Shown here: positions 40,234 through 51,114 of the stretch, piece by piece
How positions within the stretch are numbered: position 1 is the stretch's first letter
Layout of the letters: every line of letters starts with the position of its first letter
Source of the DNA: a virus
Taxonomy: Duplodnaviria; Caudoviricetes
Length of the DNA stretch: 58,785 nt
Reading direction: 5' to 3' (one strand)
IMG/VR virus record: IMGVR_UViG_3300021507_000132
Coordinates: 1 to 58,785 of that record
Translations under genes and position numbers: made by a program
Notes under the pieces: model-generated
The model's input: the letters and a program-made list of their open reading frames with translations, nothing else
Database searches by the model: none
Told to the model about the DNA's origin: nothing

Positions 40234-42493
40234 TTGTTACTGTTTTGTTTTGAATTATTCAGTATGTTAGATCTAGAAGTCATAAGAAATATATTAAAGC
40301 AACTGGAAGCAGTAGGGCAAAAGAAAATCAGTTTAAGTGATCTAGCAATATACAGTCATTGTAATTATCAGCAGATTAAAAAAGATCTAGCAATTATCAG
40401 TAAATGTTTTAATGTTCAGCAAAAAGGAAGAAGCATATATATCAGTTTAAAGGATTAAATATGAAAATAGTAATTGAGTTTGGTAATAAATGGCAGAGAG
40501 CGGAAGTTAAACAAGTAAAAAGAGATGTGGAGAAGTGTTTAAAAAAGTTGATAGAAAGAGATTATCCTGTTTTGTATATTGAATAGTTTGAGTCTAACTT
40601 AATAGTATCCTGTGATCCAGTTTTAAAGGGCTGGTGAGGGTTTTTTGTAGAGAGGTGAGAAAAAAAATGGAAATTTTATTTAAATCTTATTTATATGTTT
40701 AAAAATATGGTGTGGGAATTGAAAAAGTTAAATAAAAAAACTTTAAAGGTTGTTACGTTTAGGGATCCAGTGGATGGAGATGTAAAGTGGGATGCTGTGT
40801 TTTTCAGTGAATTGTCGGAAGCGGAGTTACAAGAGAAAGTCGAGGAAATTATCAAGTGGTTTGAAAGCACAGATAACTATGACTGGGATTATGAAGACCT
40901 TGTTGATGAGTTGTTTAAAAGGAAATTGGCTGAAAAAGTGGATTGCGGTGTGGATTGGTGCGAGATTATTGCTTAAATATGGTAGAATATAAAGTAGTTA
41001 GTGTTAAAAAATTACAGAAAAATAATCCTAGATTGTGCTTGTCGGCTTTAAGGGCTTTTGGCAAGTGTTTTTTGTGTCCGTATTATGAGAATTGCGAAAG
41101 CAGAATTGTTAATAAAAAATATGAAAGGTTGATGAAAAAGAAAAGAAAATTATTGATAGATTTAAAAGCAATAAATGATGAGATTGATAATATGAAAAAG
41201 AAAGTAATAATGAAAGTAAACGGGCATGAAGTTATAGAAGCAGATTTAAGGCCTCTAGGCTCTAAGCATGATAAAATATGTATTAAATGCGGGGTTACTG
41301 GGCTTAGAGAGCTTAAAAAAACAAAATGCGAAGCATGAAATGCGTTTAAAGACTTGATTGATTTGAATCTTGTTTAAATGCTTTTAAAATGGCGAGAATT
41401 AAAGGTTGGAATAGAGTTTGGAAAGGTGATAGAATAAGGTATGATAATCGTTATGGAAACAGCATTGTTATACAAAAGAGTGACAACAAATATGTTGTTG
41501 TAATGTTTTATGATAATGTTAATTTTGTTTTGGAGTCGTTTAAAACCAAATTGAAAGCTTTAAAATATGCTATTAATTGGATGAAAAAGCATTGTTAGGT
41601 TTGAATATTTTTTAGTATGAAAATAGAATTGTATGAAAACACGATAAATCCGTTTGACAGAGAGACAGCGGTTAAGTTTGTGTGGCATCATAGAAATATA
41701 TACGATGACAAAACCATAAGGAGAGTTGTATTTGCGAGCGATAATTTGATAGTAGTTAAAGAGACAGGTTATTTTCAGGGCGAGAAAAGCGTCTGGTATT
41801 GGGGTTTTGGGAAGCAAGAAAGAGGCATTATTGTTGATGCTGATGGTTTGAAAACTAAAGAAGCGGTTGAGATTTTTTTGGATAAATTAAAATGAGTATG
41901 AAAACCTTGAAAGAGTTAAATAAGAGATATTCTTTTGAAAGTTGGAATACTTATGATGAAATATTTGTATTTTAGGGACAGATGTAGTTTTTGGAGTGGA
42001 TAGAGAAGGTTATCCTGACTATATTGTAGAACTGTTGAGAGACATAGCTAAAAAGTGCAATTCTAAGTGGGAATTGGTTGGGAGATTGTTTGCAGAGTTG
42101 TGGGACTCTGAATTGTTAGTTTTGAATCCTTTAGAATATGCTTATGAGTATTATATTGACTTTGAAAATAACACAATAGAATATGAAGAAGAGGGTAAGA
42201 AAATTGTTAAAAAATTGAGACTATGAACTTTAAACAACTTGTTAGGTTGATAAATAAAGAGTTGAAAAAGTTGGGTGAAGAACCTATTTAATATGTCAAA
42301 TACAAAAGAAATAATAAAGTTGTTAAAGCAACTGAAGAAAGCAGCAGTGGTGGATTTTGACATTACTTTAAACGCAGAAGAAATAGACATTAATGAAATA
42401 GCGAAGTTTTGTGGTGAAGAGTTGTATGAGTTTTGGATTTATGAAGATATTACAAAGCGAATTAGTAGAAAATTAATAAGAATAAGGGATTAA
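40234..42493 (+). other. cluster of small hypothetical early genes (40234-40458 HTH-like, 40695-40976, ~40979-41338, 41389-41598, 41617-41895, 41996-42226, 42275-42493)
   Basis: Tightly packed co-oriented short ORFs; no recognisable families. Confidence 0.55.
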
Positions 42494-42550
42494 ATATGAA
42501 TTTGGAGTCTGTTATTAGTTTTGAGAATCTAGTGAAAATTCTATCGCAAT

Positions 42551-43591
42551 ATGAAATACGAAACTAAGTACGGGGTAGTGGAATTAAAGGCTTTGGAAAG
42601 TGGTTTTGAGCTGGTTTCGACAGTGCCTTTCAAGAAATACTCAAGACAATTTGGCAGTAATGAATACAATAAAGCTGTTAAACAATTCAAGCAAGTGAAA
42701 AAAGACGTAGAGAAAGTCATTAAGGAAATGGAAACTGTAAGAAAAACTGTTGTTAGCAGCAAATCTGTCATAAATAAACAGCTGAACAGCATAATGAAGA
42801 AAGGTTTTAAGAAGATATTGTTGTATGGGCCAACTGGAACTGGTAAAACATATACAGTAATTGAAATGTTGAAAGAATTGAAAAAGCAGAAGAAGTTGGA
42901 CGACTATTTGGTGGTGACATTCTCGTCAGGAATGGAAGATATTGACATATTAGGCAAGTTCATTCCTGACTCTGGAAAAGTAATAAAGTTCCAGCCAAGT
43001 GAATTGTATGAATTCATGAAGAAAAATAAAGACAAAAAAGTAGCAATAGTGTTTGATGAGTTTAACAGAGCAAACAGCAGAACTTTGAATATACTAATTC
43101 CGATGTTGGATGGTAGAAACGGCGAAGTAGTAATAAATAATTTTATAAAAGGAGAGACAGTAGCAATTCCAGAGAATAATGTTTCATTCTTGTTTACAGC
43201 GAATTTTGGAGCGAGTTATTCAGGGACATTCAGTTTGGATGAAGCGATTTTGAATAGAATAGATTTGTGTGTATTTTGTGATTATCAGAAAGAAGTTGAA
43301 GAAGCAATAATGGATGAGTTGCCAAAAGACAAAAAGAAATTATTGAAAGAAATAGTAGACTTCTTTAGAGATGCATTCAAGCAAGGCATGATACATCCAT
43401 TTACAACTAGAGATTTAAAGAATTCAGTAGTGTTAATGCAATCAGTTTCTATGGATTTGGATGGTGTGTTTGAGGGTTTGAAGCCAGTATTGGACAAATT
43501 AGTGAAAGTAGACCCGCAGGGTTATCCAGACACAGAGTTTTATAAGGAGTTTAAAGAGTTTTTGAAAGAAAAGATAAAAAGCAAAAAGTAA
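42551..43591 (+). CDS. MoxR-type AAA+ ATPase
   Basis: GPTGTGKT, IVFDEFNRA, FTAN, LDEAILNR, TTRDL. Confidence 0.9.
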   Translation: MKYETKYGVVELKALESGFELVSTVPFKKYSRQFGSNEYNKAVKQFKQVKKDVEKVIKEMETVRKTVVSSKSVINKQLNSIMKKGFKKILLYGPTGTGKTYTVIEMLKELKKQKKLDDYLVVTFSSGMEDIDILGKFIPDSGKVIKFQPSELYEFMKKNKDKKVAIVFDEFNRANSRTLNILIPMLDGRNGEVVINNFIKGETVAIPENNVSFLFTANFGASYSGTFSLDEAILNRIDLCVFCDYQKEVEEAIMDELPKDKKKLLKEIVDFFRDAFKQGMIHPFTTRDLKNSVVLMQSVSMDLDGVFEGLKPVLDKLVKVDPQGYPDTEFYKEFKEFLKEKIKSKK

Positions 43592-43633
43592 TTTTATTTT
43601 TTTTAGTTTTTTTCAAACTTATTGTTTTTGAAT

Positions 43634-44902
43634 ATGAAAAATATAAATGTTGTAAAAGATACAATTCCTTTTGGTTATGCCAAATCATACATATACAAGC
43701 AAGCATTAAACAGACTATCACCATATTTTGTGCATTATCAGCATGAAAGAGCTGCTTATTCTGATTTAATGAGTAATATTATATATTTGCCATTCATTGA
43801 ACCATTAGACTTTGGTGATTTAAAAGTATTGTTAGAGCATGAAGAAGGTCATTTCAAAATTACAAAAGAAGATGCAAAAGTGCCTGTAAGCTTAGATATT
43901 ACAAAAGCAAGAAAGGTTTTGAATATTTTGGAAGATATGCTGGTAAATGAAAGTATACCTAGAAATAGATTAGAAAGAGTATTCAAAAAATTGGGTGGAG
44001 AAAGTTTACAAATCACATTATGGAGCCAATACAGCAAAGACGAAAAAGAAAGAGTTGTAAATAGATTAAAAGGTAAATTATTTAAAGATTTAGACACTAA
44101 AGAAATAATAAAAACAATTGAAACAACAATAAAAGACAGAAAGTCTTTTGATGGTGTAAATAGATATGTAAACACGCATTTTGAAAAATTTAAAAAGTTT
44201 TACAATATATTTAAAAGTGATTTACCTAGAGACATACCTGGTAACGGTCCCGCAGAGTATAATTCAGGTTATTATTTACCAGATGTCGGGCTTACAAACA
44301 AATTCAGAAAAATATTTCAAAATTTAAAAGTTGATGTAGAATACATTGGAAACAAAGAGCAATTTTATGGTAAAAGAATAAACAGAAAATATTTAGAAAG
44401 CTTGGTATGTCTTAAACCATTTCTACAACGAGTCAGTTCTCATATATTTTCAAGACCTAAAGTTTTGTTGTTATTGGATTGTTCTGGAAGCATGATAGGG
44501 CAACCAGAAATAAAAGCAAAAAGTTTCATAGCAGCTTGTTTAGATACTCTTGATGCTACTCTTATAGGGCATAATCAATATTATCATGTTGTAACAAAAA
44601 ACAAAACTGAAGCAAGCAAACTGCCAATGACTGGAGATGAATGTTTTGACAAATTGAAACCAGAAGATTATAGCAGTGATGTATTTGTTGTAATTTCAGA
44701 TTTAGACATAAGCAGTGGTGAAGCAAGAGGTTTGCTTAGATTTGGAAAGCATGTTAAAGCGAAATATAAATATTTATTGGTTTGCTCAACTGATTATTAT
44801 TCTGCTTATCCTAGTTTAAATGAAGTTTATAAAAGGCATTTTGTTGGTGATCCAAAACAGTATATTGAATTTGCTAAAAAATTGACAAACAATTTAATAT
44901 GA
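43634..44902 (+). CDS. HExxH metallopeptidase-like + vWA domain protein (MoxR partner)
   Basis: HEEGH..LNILED; LLLDCSGSM MIDAS; VISD. Confidence 0.8.
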   Translation: MKNINVVKDTIPFGYAKSYIYKQALNRLSPYFVHYQHERAAYSDLMSNIIYLPFIEPLDFGDLKVLLEHEEGHFKITKEDAKVPVSLDITKARKVLNILEDMLVNESIPRNRLERVFKKLGGESLQITLWSQYSKDEKERVVNRLKGKLFKDLDTKEIIKTIETTIKDRKSFDGVNRYVNTHFEKFKKFYNIFKSDLPRDIPGNGPAEYNSGYYLPDVGLTNKFRKIFQNLKVDVEYIGNKEQFYGKRINRKYLESLVCLKPFLQRVSSHIFSRPKVLLLLDCSGSMIGQPEIKAKSFIAACLDTLDATLIGHNQYYHVVTKNKTEASKLPMTGDECFDKLKPEDYSSDVFVVISDLDISSGEARGLLRFGKHVKAKYKYLLVCSTDYYSAYPSLNEVYKRHFVGDPKQYIEFAKKLTNNLI

Positions 44903-45207
44903 GTTGGGAAACATTGGTTGTTGGACATATCCAGTTTAAAGAGAAAATAGACAGAAAAGTGAAGAAACAAATACTAGAAGAGTTAGAAGAAGTCGTTGAA
45001 TGCGAAATAAAATATGACAGAAAATGGCATGAGTACGCATTTCAAGACGTTAATTGGACATCTCACGTCTCTGGTGAAAATATAGTGAAAGTGATTGAGA
45101 AATACAAAAAACACATAAAATACATTGCTGTTTCAGTGTTTTATTTAAATGAACCGCACGAGAATATTACAATGGAAGATGGAGAATTGAAAGCACGTTT
45201 AATTTAG
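44899..45207 (+). CDS. hypothetical protein
   Basis: ATGA-coupled ORF. Confidence 0.6.
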   Translation: MSWETLVVGHIQFKEKIDRKVKKQILEELEEVVECEIKYDRKWHEYAFQDVNWTSHVSGENIVKVIEKYKKHIKYIAVSVFYLNEPHENITMEDGELKARLI

Positions 45208-45456
45208 TCCAAAAATTTGCGATTTTCTGGATCATGCTTATCGCTTGAATATGGAAAGTCTAAATATAAAGAATTGGAAAAAATTGTCAGAAGACGAAAA
45301 ATTTGACAAAATAATTAAAGCACTAACAGAAGAAAAAACACTGATTGTTGATGGAAAAGTAGTAATAAGCAGCAAAAACTATGTATTGTTTGATTTTCTT
45401 GCGAGCAACTTAGAGATATTTAACAGAATCCTTCATGAATGGCATTTGTATTGAAA

Positions 45457-45591
45457 ATGGAAGAAGATTGGGAAAATTTTAAGTTGAGTGAAGAAGAAGA
45501 GAAGTTTGAACGGGGATTAATCAGTCAAAAAGAGTATGCGAAGTATGTAAAGAAAAAGTTGAAGAAAGTTTTTGAAAAAGTAGAATTATAA
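45457..45591 (+). CDS. small SHOCT-like protein (44 aa), paralog of 39569-39682
   Basis: KLSEEEEKFERGLISQKEYAKYVKKKLK. Confidence 0.6.
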   Translation: MEEDWENFKLSEEEEKFERGLISQKEYAKYVKKKLKKVFEKVEL

Positions 45592-45603
45592 CACTGTTAT
45601 AAT
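45585..45603. promoter_or_regulatory. 19-bp perfect palindrome ATTATAACACTGTTATAAT
   Basis: Repeated at 49683 and 32573. Confidence 0.65.
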
Positions 45604-45645
45604 CTTAAAGCCAGACAGTCAATTGGCTGTCTGGCGAGATTGAAT

Positions 45646-46363
45646 ATGGAAGCCAAAACTATATGGAACATCAGAGAGTTGAAAAAAGAAAGAGGAGGAA
45701 TAAAACGATTTAGAGTGTATTGGAGTGAGACAAAAACAGATGTAAAGCGTGGTTATAGCATTGTAGAAGCAGCAAACGAAGACGAAGCTGAACGGGCATT
45801 TTGGCATGGAGACATTATTGATGAAGTAGAAGAAGACATTGATGTGGGTTGTTGGGAAGATTTACAAGTAGATGAGATTGAAGAAATTGATTGAATATGA
45901 TAGACAAAACTGTATGGAATATAAAGGAATTAAAGGGTGAAAAAGAAGAAGGTACAAAGTTGTTCAGAATAGATTGGACAGAAGAATATAGAGATTATGG
46001 TCATGCAATTGTTAGAGCAAGAAACATAGAAGAAGCTAAAAAGAAGTTTTTGGAAAATGATTGTGAATCTAATGACGTAGATGATTCAGAGTTCATTGAC
46101 AGTTGGATAGATGAAATTGAAGAAATAAATTGAATTGAAGAATGAATATGGTAAAAAAATTAAAAAGCAAAAAAGAAAGTGGTTTGAAGACATTTGAAGT
46201 GAAATGGACGGTAGAATGTAGAAAACAAGGTCACACAATTGTTAAAGCACGAGACACAGGCGAAGCTAAAAAGAAATTTTGGGCAAATGATTGTAAAGAT
46301 GACATAGTAGATGATGAAGAATTCATTGATTGTTGGATAGATGAAGTTGAAGAAGTAGATTAA
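45646..46363 (+). other. three tandem paralogous small acidic genes (45646-45894, ~45897-46133, 46142-46363)
   Basis: Shared F.(V/I).W....G..IV.A....EA...F...D and (V/I)DE(I/V)EE(I/V) pattern. Confidence 0.8.
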
Positions 46364-46434
46364 TTTTTGTTTTGTTTTTGCTTTTTTTGAAGCCCTAGCA
46401 GTGATATTGCTGCTAGGGCAAAAAAGGTGAAAAC

Positions 46435-46695
46435 ATGGAATGGAACGTCAATCCAAATAGAGTGACAGTAACTATACAGTTGCCAGAAGGCACATACACT
46501 AAAGAGTTTGACAGGAATACAAAATTGGCAGATGCAGTGATGGAAGTAGCACAAGAATACAATTTATCTAATGTTACTGTTAGAGATTCCAACGGTATGG
46601 AACTTGATGATAGTGAAGAAAACAAAAATAAAACTTTAGGAGCATTGGGAGCAGTAACAATATCAGCAAAAACTGTGGGAGCTGGCTTTCAGTAA
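46435..46695 (+). CDS. ubiquitin-like (beta-grasp) protein
   Basis: 86 aa; strand-strand-helix pattern; ends AKTVGAG-FQ; AGGTGA RBS; adjacent E2/JAB/E1. Confidence 0.7.
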   Translation: MEWNVNPNRVTVTIQLPEGTYTKEFDRNTKLADAVMEVAQEYNLSNVTVRDSNGMELDDSEENKNKTLGALGAVTISAKTVGAGFQ

Positions 46696-46739
46696 TTGAA
46701 AGCCATAATTTGTTTTTTTGTTTTTTTAATTTTTTTGAT
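46684..46739 (+). terminator. stem-loop plus T-tracts after Ubl gene
   Basis: GGCTTTCA-GTAAT-TGAAAGCC followed by T runs. Confidence 0.55.
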
Positions 46740-46753
46740 ACTCCAATAGCGAC

Positions 46754-47497
46754 ATGCTGTTGGAGCAAATTAACATGGATTGGAAACTGGAAGTTGAAAA
46801 AATAAATAAGTTAAAAGAAGAAAATAAAAGATTAAAGACTGAGTTAGAGGCTACAAATAAAGCATTAGCAGTAGAAACAACAAATAAACAGTATTTAAAA
46901 GAAGAAATAGCACAATTAAAGCAACAATTACACGAAATTGAGTCTAAATATCAATTAATACATTATAGAGCAGTTCCAGAGTGGCTTACTAATGAAGATA
47001 TGATAAAGCATAATATCATTTTAATGCCGTTTAAAGGTTGTTTGTATATATTGAAGAAAGCAGATATTGTTATTAACAGCATAAAATTTTGTTATTCTGA
47101 AAAAATACACAAGTTGCCAAAAGTATATCATCTGCCTAATAAGTTGTATATTGGGTTATGTATAGCAAATAACAGTGTAGTTCATAGTGGAGTATTCTTT
47201 AAAAATCACAAATTATCTAGGTATATTTTTGCTCATTCTGATGATTATATATGTGCAACTTATTCTACTAATATTTCAAGTTTAGAAGATTATTTAAGAG
47301 CAATCAAGTTTATTTTAATGAGTTTTGAAACGTTAAATTTGCAATCTACATTTGACCCTCATCGTTTTAATAAGAGTTTTAAAAAGATATTTCTTGACAT
47401 TTTAAATGAAGCTATTAAATTTGCTCCTCGTGAAGCAAAAGGAGTAAATGGTGTGCTTTGCGTGAATAATCATGAATTTGACCCTGAAACTATCTGA
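46754..47497 (+). CDS. coiled coil + divergent E2-like domain
   Basis: FAHSDDYIC resembles the E2 H..IC active-site segment; LNLQS resembles the downstream N..S; operon context. Confidence 0.5.
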   Translation: MLLEQINMDWKLEVEKINKLKEENKRLKTELEATNKALAVETTNKQYLKEEIAQLKQQLHEIESKYQLIHYRAVPEWLTNEDMIKHNIILMPFKGCLYILKKADIVINSIKFCYSEKIHKLPKVYHLPNKLYIGLCIANNSVVHSGVFFKNHKLSRYIFAHSDDYICATYSTNISSLEDYLRAIKFILMSFETLNLQSTFDPHRFNKSFKKIFLDILNEAIKFAPREAKGVNGVLCVNNHEFDPETI

Positions 47498-47499
47498 AT

Positions 47500-48240
47500 A
47501 TGTCGTGGGAAATAGATAATGAAGATAAATTAGTAAGCGAAAAGTGTCCAGAAATGGAAAAAGAAGGCAAAGAAGTTGTGTTAGAAAATAATGTAGTTGG
47601 CAAAATAATCACATTGTTGAACAAGTATCCAGATTTGGAATGGGGTGCGTATTTGATTGGTGAAGAACAAAAAGACAAATTTTTGATTAAAGATTTGACA
47701 TTAATGAAGCAAGAAGTAACTGGAACAACAGTAGAATTTGTAGAAGAGGATTTTCCAAAGAATTGCATTGGCTGGATTCATAGTCATAATTCAATGGACG
47801 CATTTCTGTCAAAAACAGATGTAAAAACAGCAATGCTGTATAAAGTGTCAATAGTAGTAAATAATGCTTTGAATTTTGTTTGCAGAGTTAAAAAGCAATT
47901 GCCTTGCGGCAGAGTTACTTTAGTGCCTTCAAAAGTAATATTACAAGGCATAGATGTTGATACAAGCAAAATTGTTGAAAAACCAAAGAAAGAATCTATT
48001 GTAATAGTAGACCAGTCATTTCAAAATATTTGTCCAGTTTGCGGTTGCAAATTGAGCAGAAGAAAGAGCAAATTGGCTTATTGTCCTCATTGTCGCAATT
48101 TTGTTCATAGGAGGTGTTTTAATGAAGAGTGGAATATGTGTGCTAACTGCGTAGAAATGTTTAGCAAAGATGAAAAAGAAAGATCTAGAGATTTGTGGAG
48201 AGAGTATTTTAATGAAGATTATCTTGACTTCTACTATTAA
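47500..48240 (+). CDS. JAB/JAMM metalloprotease fused to C4HC3 RING-like finger
   Basis: LEWGAYLIG, GWIHSHNSMDAFLSKTD; CPVC..CPHC....H..C..CANC. Confidence 0.85.
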   Translation: MSWEIDNEDKLVSEKCPEMEKEGKEVVLENNVVGKIITLLNKYPDLEWGAYLIGEEQKDKFLIKDLTLMKQEVTGTTVEFVEEDFPKNCIGWIHSHNSMDAFLSKTDVKTAMLYKVSIVVNNALNFVCRVKKQLPCGRVTLVPSKVILQGIDVDTSKIVEKPKKESIVIVDQSFQNICPVCGCKLSRRKSKLAYCPHCRNFVHRRCFNEEWNMCANCVEMFSKDEKERSRDLWREYFNEDYLDFYY

Positions 48241-48245
48241 AGAGT

Positions 48246-48821
48246 ATGGAAAAAATTGTAATAATAGGTTGTGGTGGTGTGGGAAGCAGAATTGCTGAGT
48301 TTTTAGTCAGAGACAATTTAAGAGAAAAATTCATGGACATGCTTTATTTAGTAGATCATGATACTGTTGAGTTTAAAAATCTGCAAAGACAATTCTATTT
48401 TCAGCAAGACATTAATTTCAAAAAAACAGAAGCTTTAAAAGCCAGATTAAAGAGCATAGACCCAGATTTGGTAATAGTTACTCACAATATACAAGTAAAC
48501 AAAGACAATATAGCGTTGTTTGACAGCAAAATGTTTTGTTTTTGTTGCACTGACGACATTAATGGGAAAAGAGCGATTTCAGAGCATTTTGAGAATTATA
48601 TAATAGCAAGCGTTGATAGAGATGTTGTTGAAATTACTGTAAATCCTGGGTATTTAAATGTCTGGTCTTTTGGAACAGGTTATTCAGTTTATCAAGATGT
48701 TGTAAATAACAATATGGCAGCTATGATTGCGTTTAAATTGTTTAAAAATTATTTGAATGGTATGGAATTGAAAAATGTAAAACTAAATATAAAAGAATTA
48801 ATTGAAAGGTCTATTTCGTAA
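48246..48821 (+). CDS. ThiF/E1-like adenylyltransferase
   Basis: IIGCGGVGS, VDHDTVEFKNLQRQ, KTEAL, CCTD. Confidence 0.9.
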   Translation: MEKIVIIGCGGVGSRIAEFLVRDNLREKFMDMLYLVDHDTVEFKNLQRQFYFQQDINFKKTEALKARLKSIDPDLVIVTHNIQVNKDNIALFDSKMFCFCCTDDINGKRAISEHFENYIIASVDRDVVEITVNPGYLNVWSFGTGYSVYQDVVNNNMAAMIAFKLFKNYLNGMELKNVKLNIKELIERSIS

Positions 48822-48822
48822 T

Positions 48823-49248
48823 ATGGGATACAATACAAACATAATTGTTGATGTAGAGGTAAAAGAAGACAAAATAGAAGAGTTCAGAAAAGCAATAGAA
48901 GAGCAGTTGAAGCAACTGGAAGCTGACGGAAATCACTGGTTTGGGTATTATGCAGATATTGAAGTGGAAGATGATGGCAGAATAGTGTTTGAAGATTATT
49001 GTAGGAAATTTTATGAAGAAGACGCATTTGCTGAATGGTTAGCACCGTATGTAGCAGAAGGGCATATTTGGTGTTATGGCGAAGAACCTGGAGATGTATG
49101 GGCAATACACTTTGACGGTAAAGGAAATTATCGGATTGAAGAAGCTGCAATCGTTTGGGAAGAAGAGAAAGAAGCATTATACAAAATTAGAGAATTGAGC
49201 AAGAAAACTGGGAAATCACCATTAGAATTGGTGAAATCTTTGGAGTGA
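48823..49248 (+). CDS. hypothetical protein
   Basis: MGYNT start; GHIWCYGEEPGDVW motif common in viral hypotheticals. Confidence 0.65.
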   Translation: MGYNTNIIVDVEVKEDKIEEFRKAIEEQLKQLEADGNHWFGYYADIEVEDDGRIVFEDYCRKFYEEDAFAEWLAPYVAEGHIWCYGEEPGDVWAIHFDGKGNYRIEEAAIVWEEEKEALYKIRELSKKTGKSPLELVKSLE

Positions 49249-49682
49249 AAAGCCTAACAAATTTAACATTTAAAACGCAAATCAGCTCAAAACTACAAAA
49301 TTTTAAGGTTTTGAGCATTAATATCACACAGCATAACACTTTTAACAAAGAGTGTAACACTTATAATTATGGAAAAAGACATTACAGAATGGGTATTGAA
49401 AGTATGGCAGGAGAATAGAAAGTTGAAGAACAAAATAAAAGCACTGGAGCAAGAGAATAAAGAATTAAAAGAAAAACTATTTGGGATTGAATACTTATGA
49501 AAATGATAAGTCTAGATCCAGAAGAAGTTAAACTTTTAGCAGAAGGCAAAACCCATCCAGAACTAGAAAAAAAATTAAAGATATTGAAAGCAATATGGGA
49601 AGAGAAAGCAAAAGAAGCTAAATTAGAACAATTGAGAGAATTTGAGAGTGCCTGAAATTTAAAGTTATTTGTTTCAGATTTG

Positions 49683-49701
49683 ATTATAACAGTGTTATAA
49701 T
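49683..49701. promoter_or_regulatory. 19-bp perfect palindrome ATTATAACAGTGTTATAAT
   Basis: Intergenic, 38 nt upstream of the ATPase ATG. Confidence 0.65.
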
Positions 49702-49738
49702 TAAATTGGTGAAAGATGTTTATTCTTGAATTTAAAGT

Positions 49739-50521
49739 ATGCTATATCAATATGAATTGTTAAGAGAATATATAGAAGTATGGAAAAAAAGCAAGGATAT
49801 TCATGGACTGCTTGTTAGTGGGCCAGTAGGTCTAGGGAAAACCTGGTCTGTGGAACAAGCTTTAAAGAATGAAGAATATGTATTAATAAACACTCATATA
49901 ACGCCATTAAAGTTGTATATCAATTTGTATGAAACAAGAAATTCATATTTGGTTGTAGATGATGTGCTGGATCTGTTTAAAAACAAAGACACGAGTGGTT
50001 TATTGATAGCAGCAACTCAAACTGGGACCAAACCAAGAATATTGACGTGGCATACAACTTCAGAAAAATTAGAAGTTCCGCCTCAGTTTGAGTATAACGG
50101 TAAAATTGCGATAATATGCAATAAATTACCTGTGCATTTAGAGCATTTAAAGTCAAGGTGTTTCTATTTTGAATTGAAATTGAATTACAATGAGATATTG
50201 GCAAAATTGGAAGAAATACGCAAAAGCATGAGAATGCCTAAGAAATTATTAGAGTTTATAAAAGAAAATACAAACGAAGCAACTCCTGAAGAAGTATTAA
50301 ATATAAGATTGCTAATCAAATTAAATAGTTTATACAAAAAATACCCTAAAAAATGGAAAGACATGGGTTTATATTTGATTAAACAAGATAAAAGGTTATA
50401 CATTCTTAAAAAGATATTGGATAAGTATGATAATGTATCTGACCAGATAAAAATGTATGAGCAACTGACTGGCAGGAAAAGAAGTTCATTTTATAAAGAC
50501 AAGCAGGAATTAAAATTATGA
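49739..50521 (+). CDS. viral P-loop ATPase with C-terminal HTH-like tail
   Basis: GPVGLGKT, LVVDD, IICN, LKSR. Confidence 0.8.
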   Translation: MLYQYELLREYIEVWKKSKDIHGLLVSGPVGLGKTWSVEQALKNEEYVLINTHITPLKLYINLYETRNSYLVVDDVLDLFKNKDTSGLLIAATQTGTKPRILTWHTTSEKLEVPPQFEYNGKIAIICNKLPVHLEHLKSRCFYFELKLNYNEILAKLEEIRKSMRMPKKLLEFIKENTNEATPEEVLNIRLLIKLNSLYKKYPKKWKDMGLYLIKQDKRLYILKKILDKYDNVSDQIKMYEQLTGRKRSSFYKDKQELKL

Positions 50522-50769
50522 AGAAGTCTAAACAATTGGAGGAATTGTTCAAGTTGGCAGACGAAATTTTCAACTATGTGCTTCAGAAGTGTGCAATAGG
50601 CAATGAAGTAAATTTTGACGAGTTGGATATTGTGATAGACAGGTTGAAACTGTTAAAAGACAGACTTATTGCATTTGAGACTAATCAGAGATATACTGTT
50701 GAGGAAATCAAGAAAGCTTTGAAAGAAGTGCGTAAAGATGATCGTAGATATGTAGAATATATAGATTAA
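50518..50769 (+). CDS. hypothetical protein
   Basis: ATGA-coupled ORF. Confidence 0.55.
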   Translation: MKKSKQLEELFKLADEIFNYVLQKCAIGNEVNFDELDIVIDRLKLLKDRLIAFETNQRYTVEEIKKALKEVRKDDRRYVEYID

Positions 50770-50907
50770 TATGAGTGAAATATTCTTTGTTTGGGGCATG
50801 ATGGAATTAGAGTATCAAGAGCAGATTAGAGAAAGCATTAGAGATGAATTAAAGGAAAAAGGTTGGAGTGAAGTAGAGATTGAAGATTATTTATCTCAGA
50901 TAGGACT

Positions 50908-51111
50908 ATGAAAGCGTTTATTGAATGCGGAATTTGTAAGAAAGCATTTGAGTGTAAATTGTCTGAAAGTCCTGATTCTTGTGCTAAAAAGCATAAAATG
51001 TTTGTTTTAACGTTTGTGGATACCAGCACAGATTATTCTGAAAGCATATTTGTATGCAGAGAATGTTTTTTCAAGCATTTAAATATCAAAATATTTAATA
51101 GAAGTTTTTGA
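50908..51111 (+). CDS. small zinc-finger protein
   Basis: CGIC and CREC motifs. Confidence 0.55.
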   Translation: MKAFIECGICKKAFECKLSESPDSCAKKHKMFVLTFVDTSTDYSESIFVCRECFFKHLNIKIFNRSF

Positions 51112-51114
51112 AAC

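Noticed and set aside
41892-42226. Possible frameshifted gene at TATTTTAGGG
   Set aside because: No recognisable family to confirm it; could be a homopolymer error or two short ORFs
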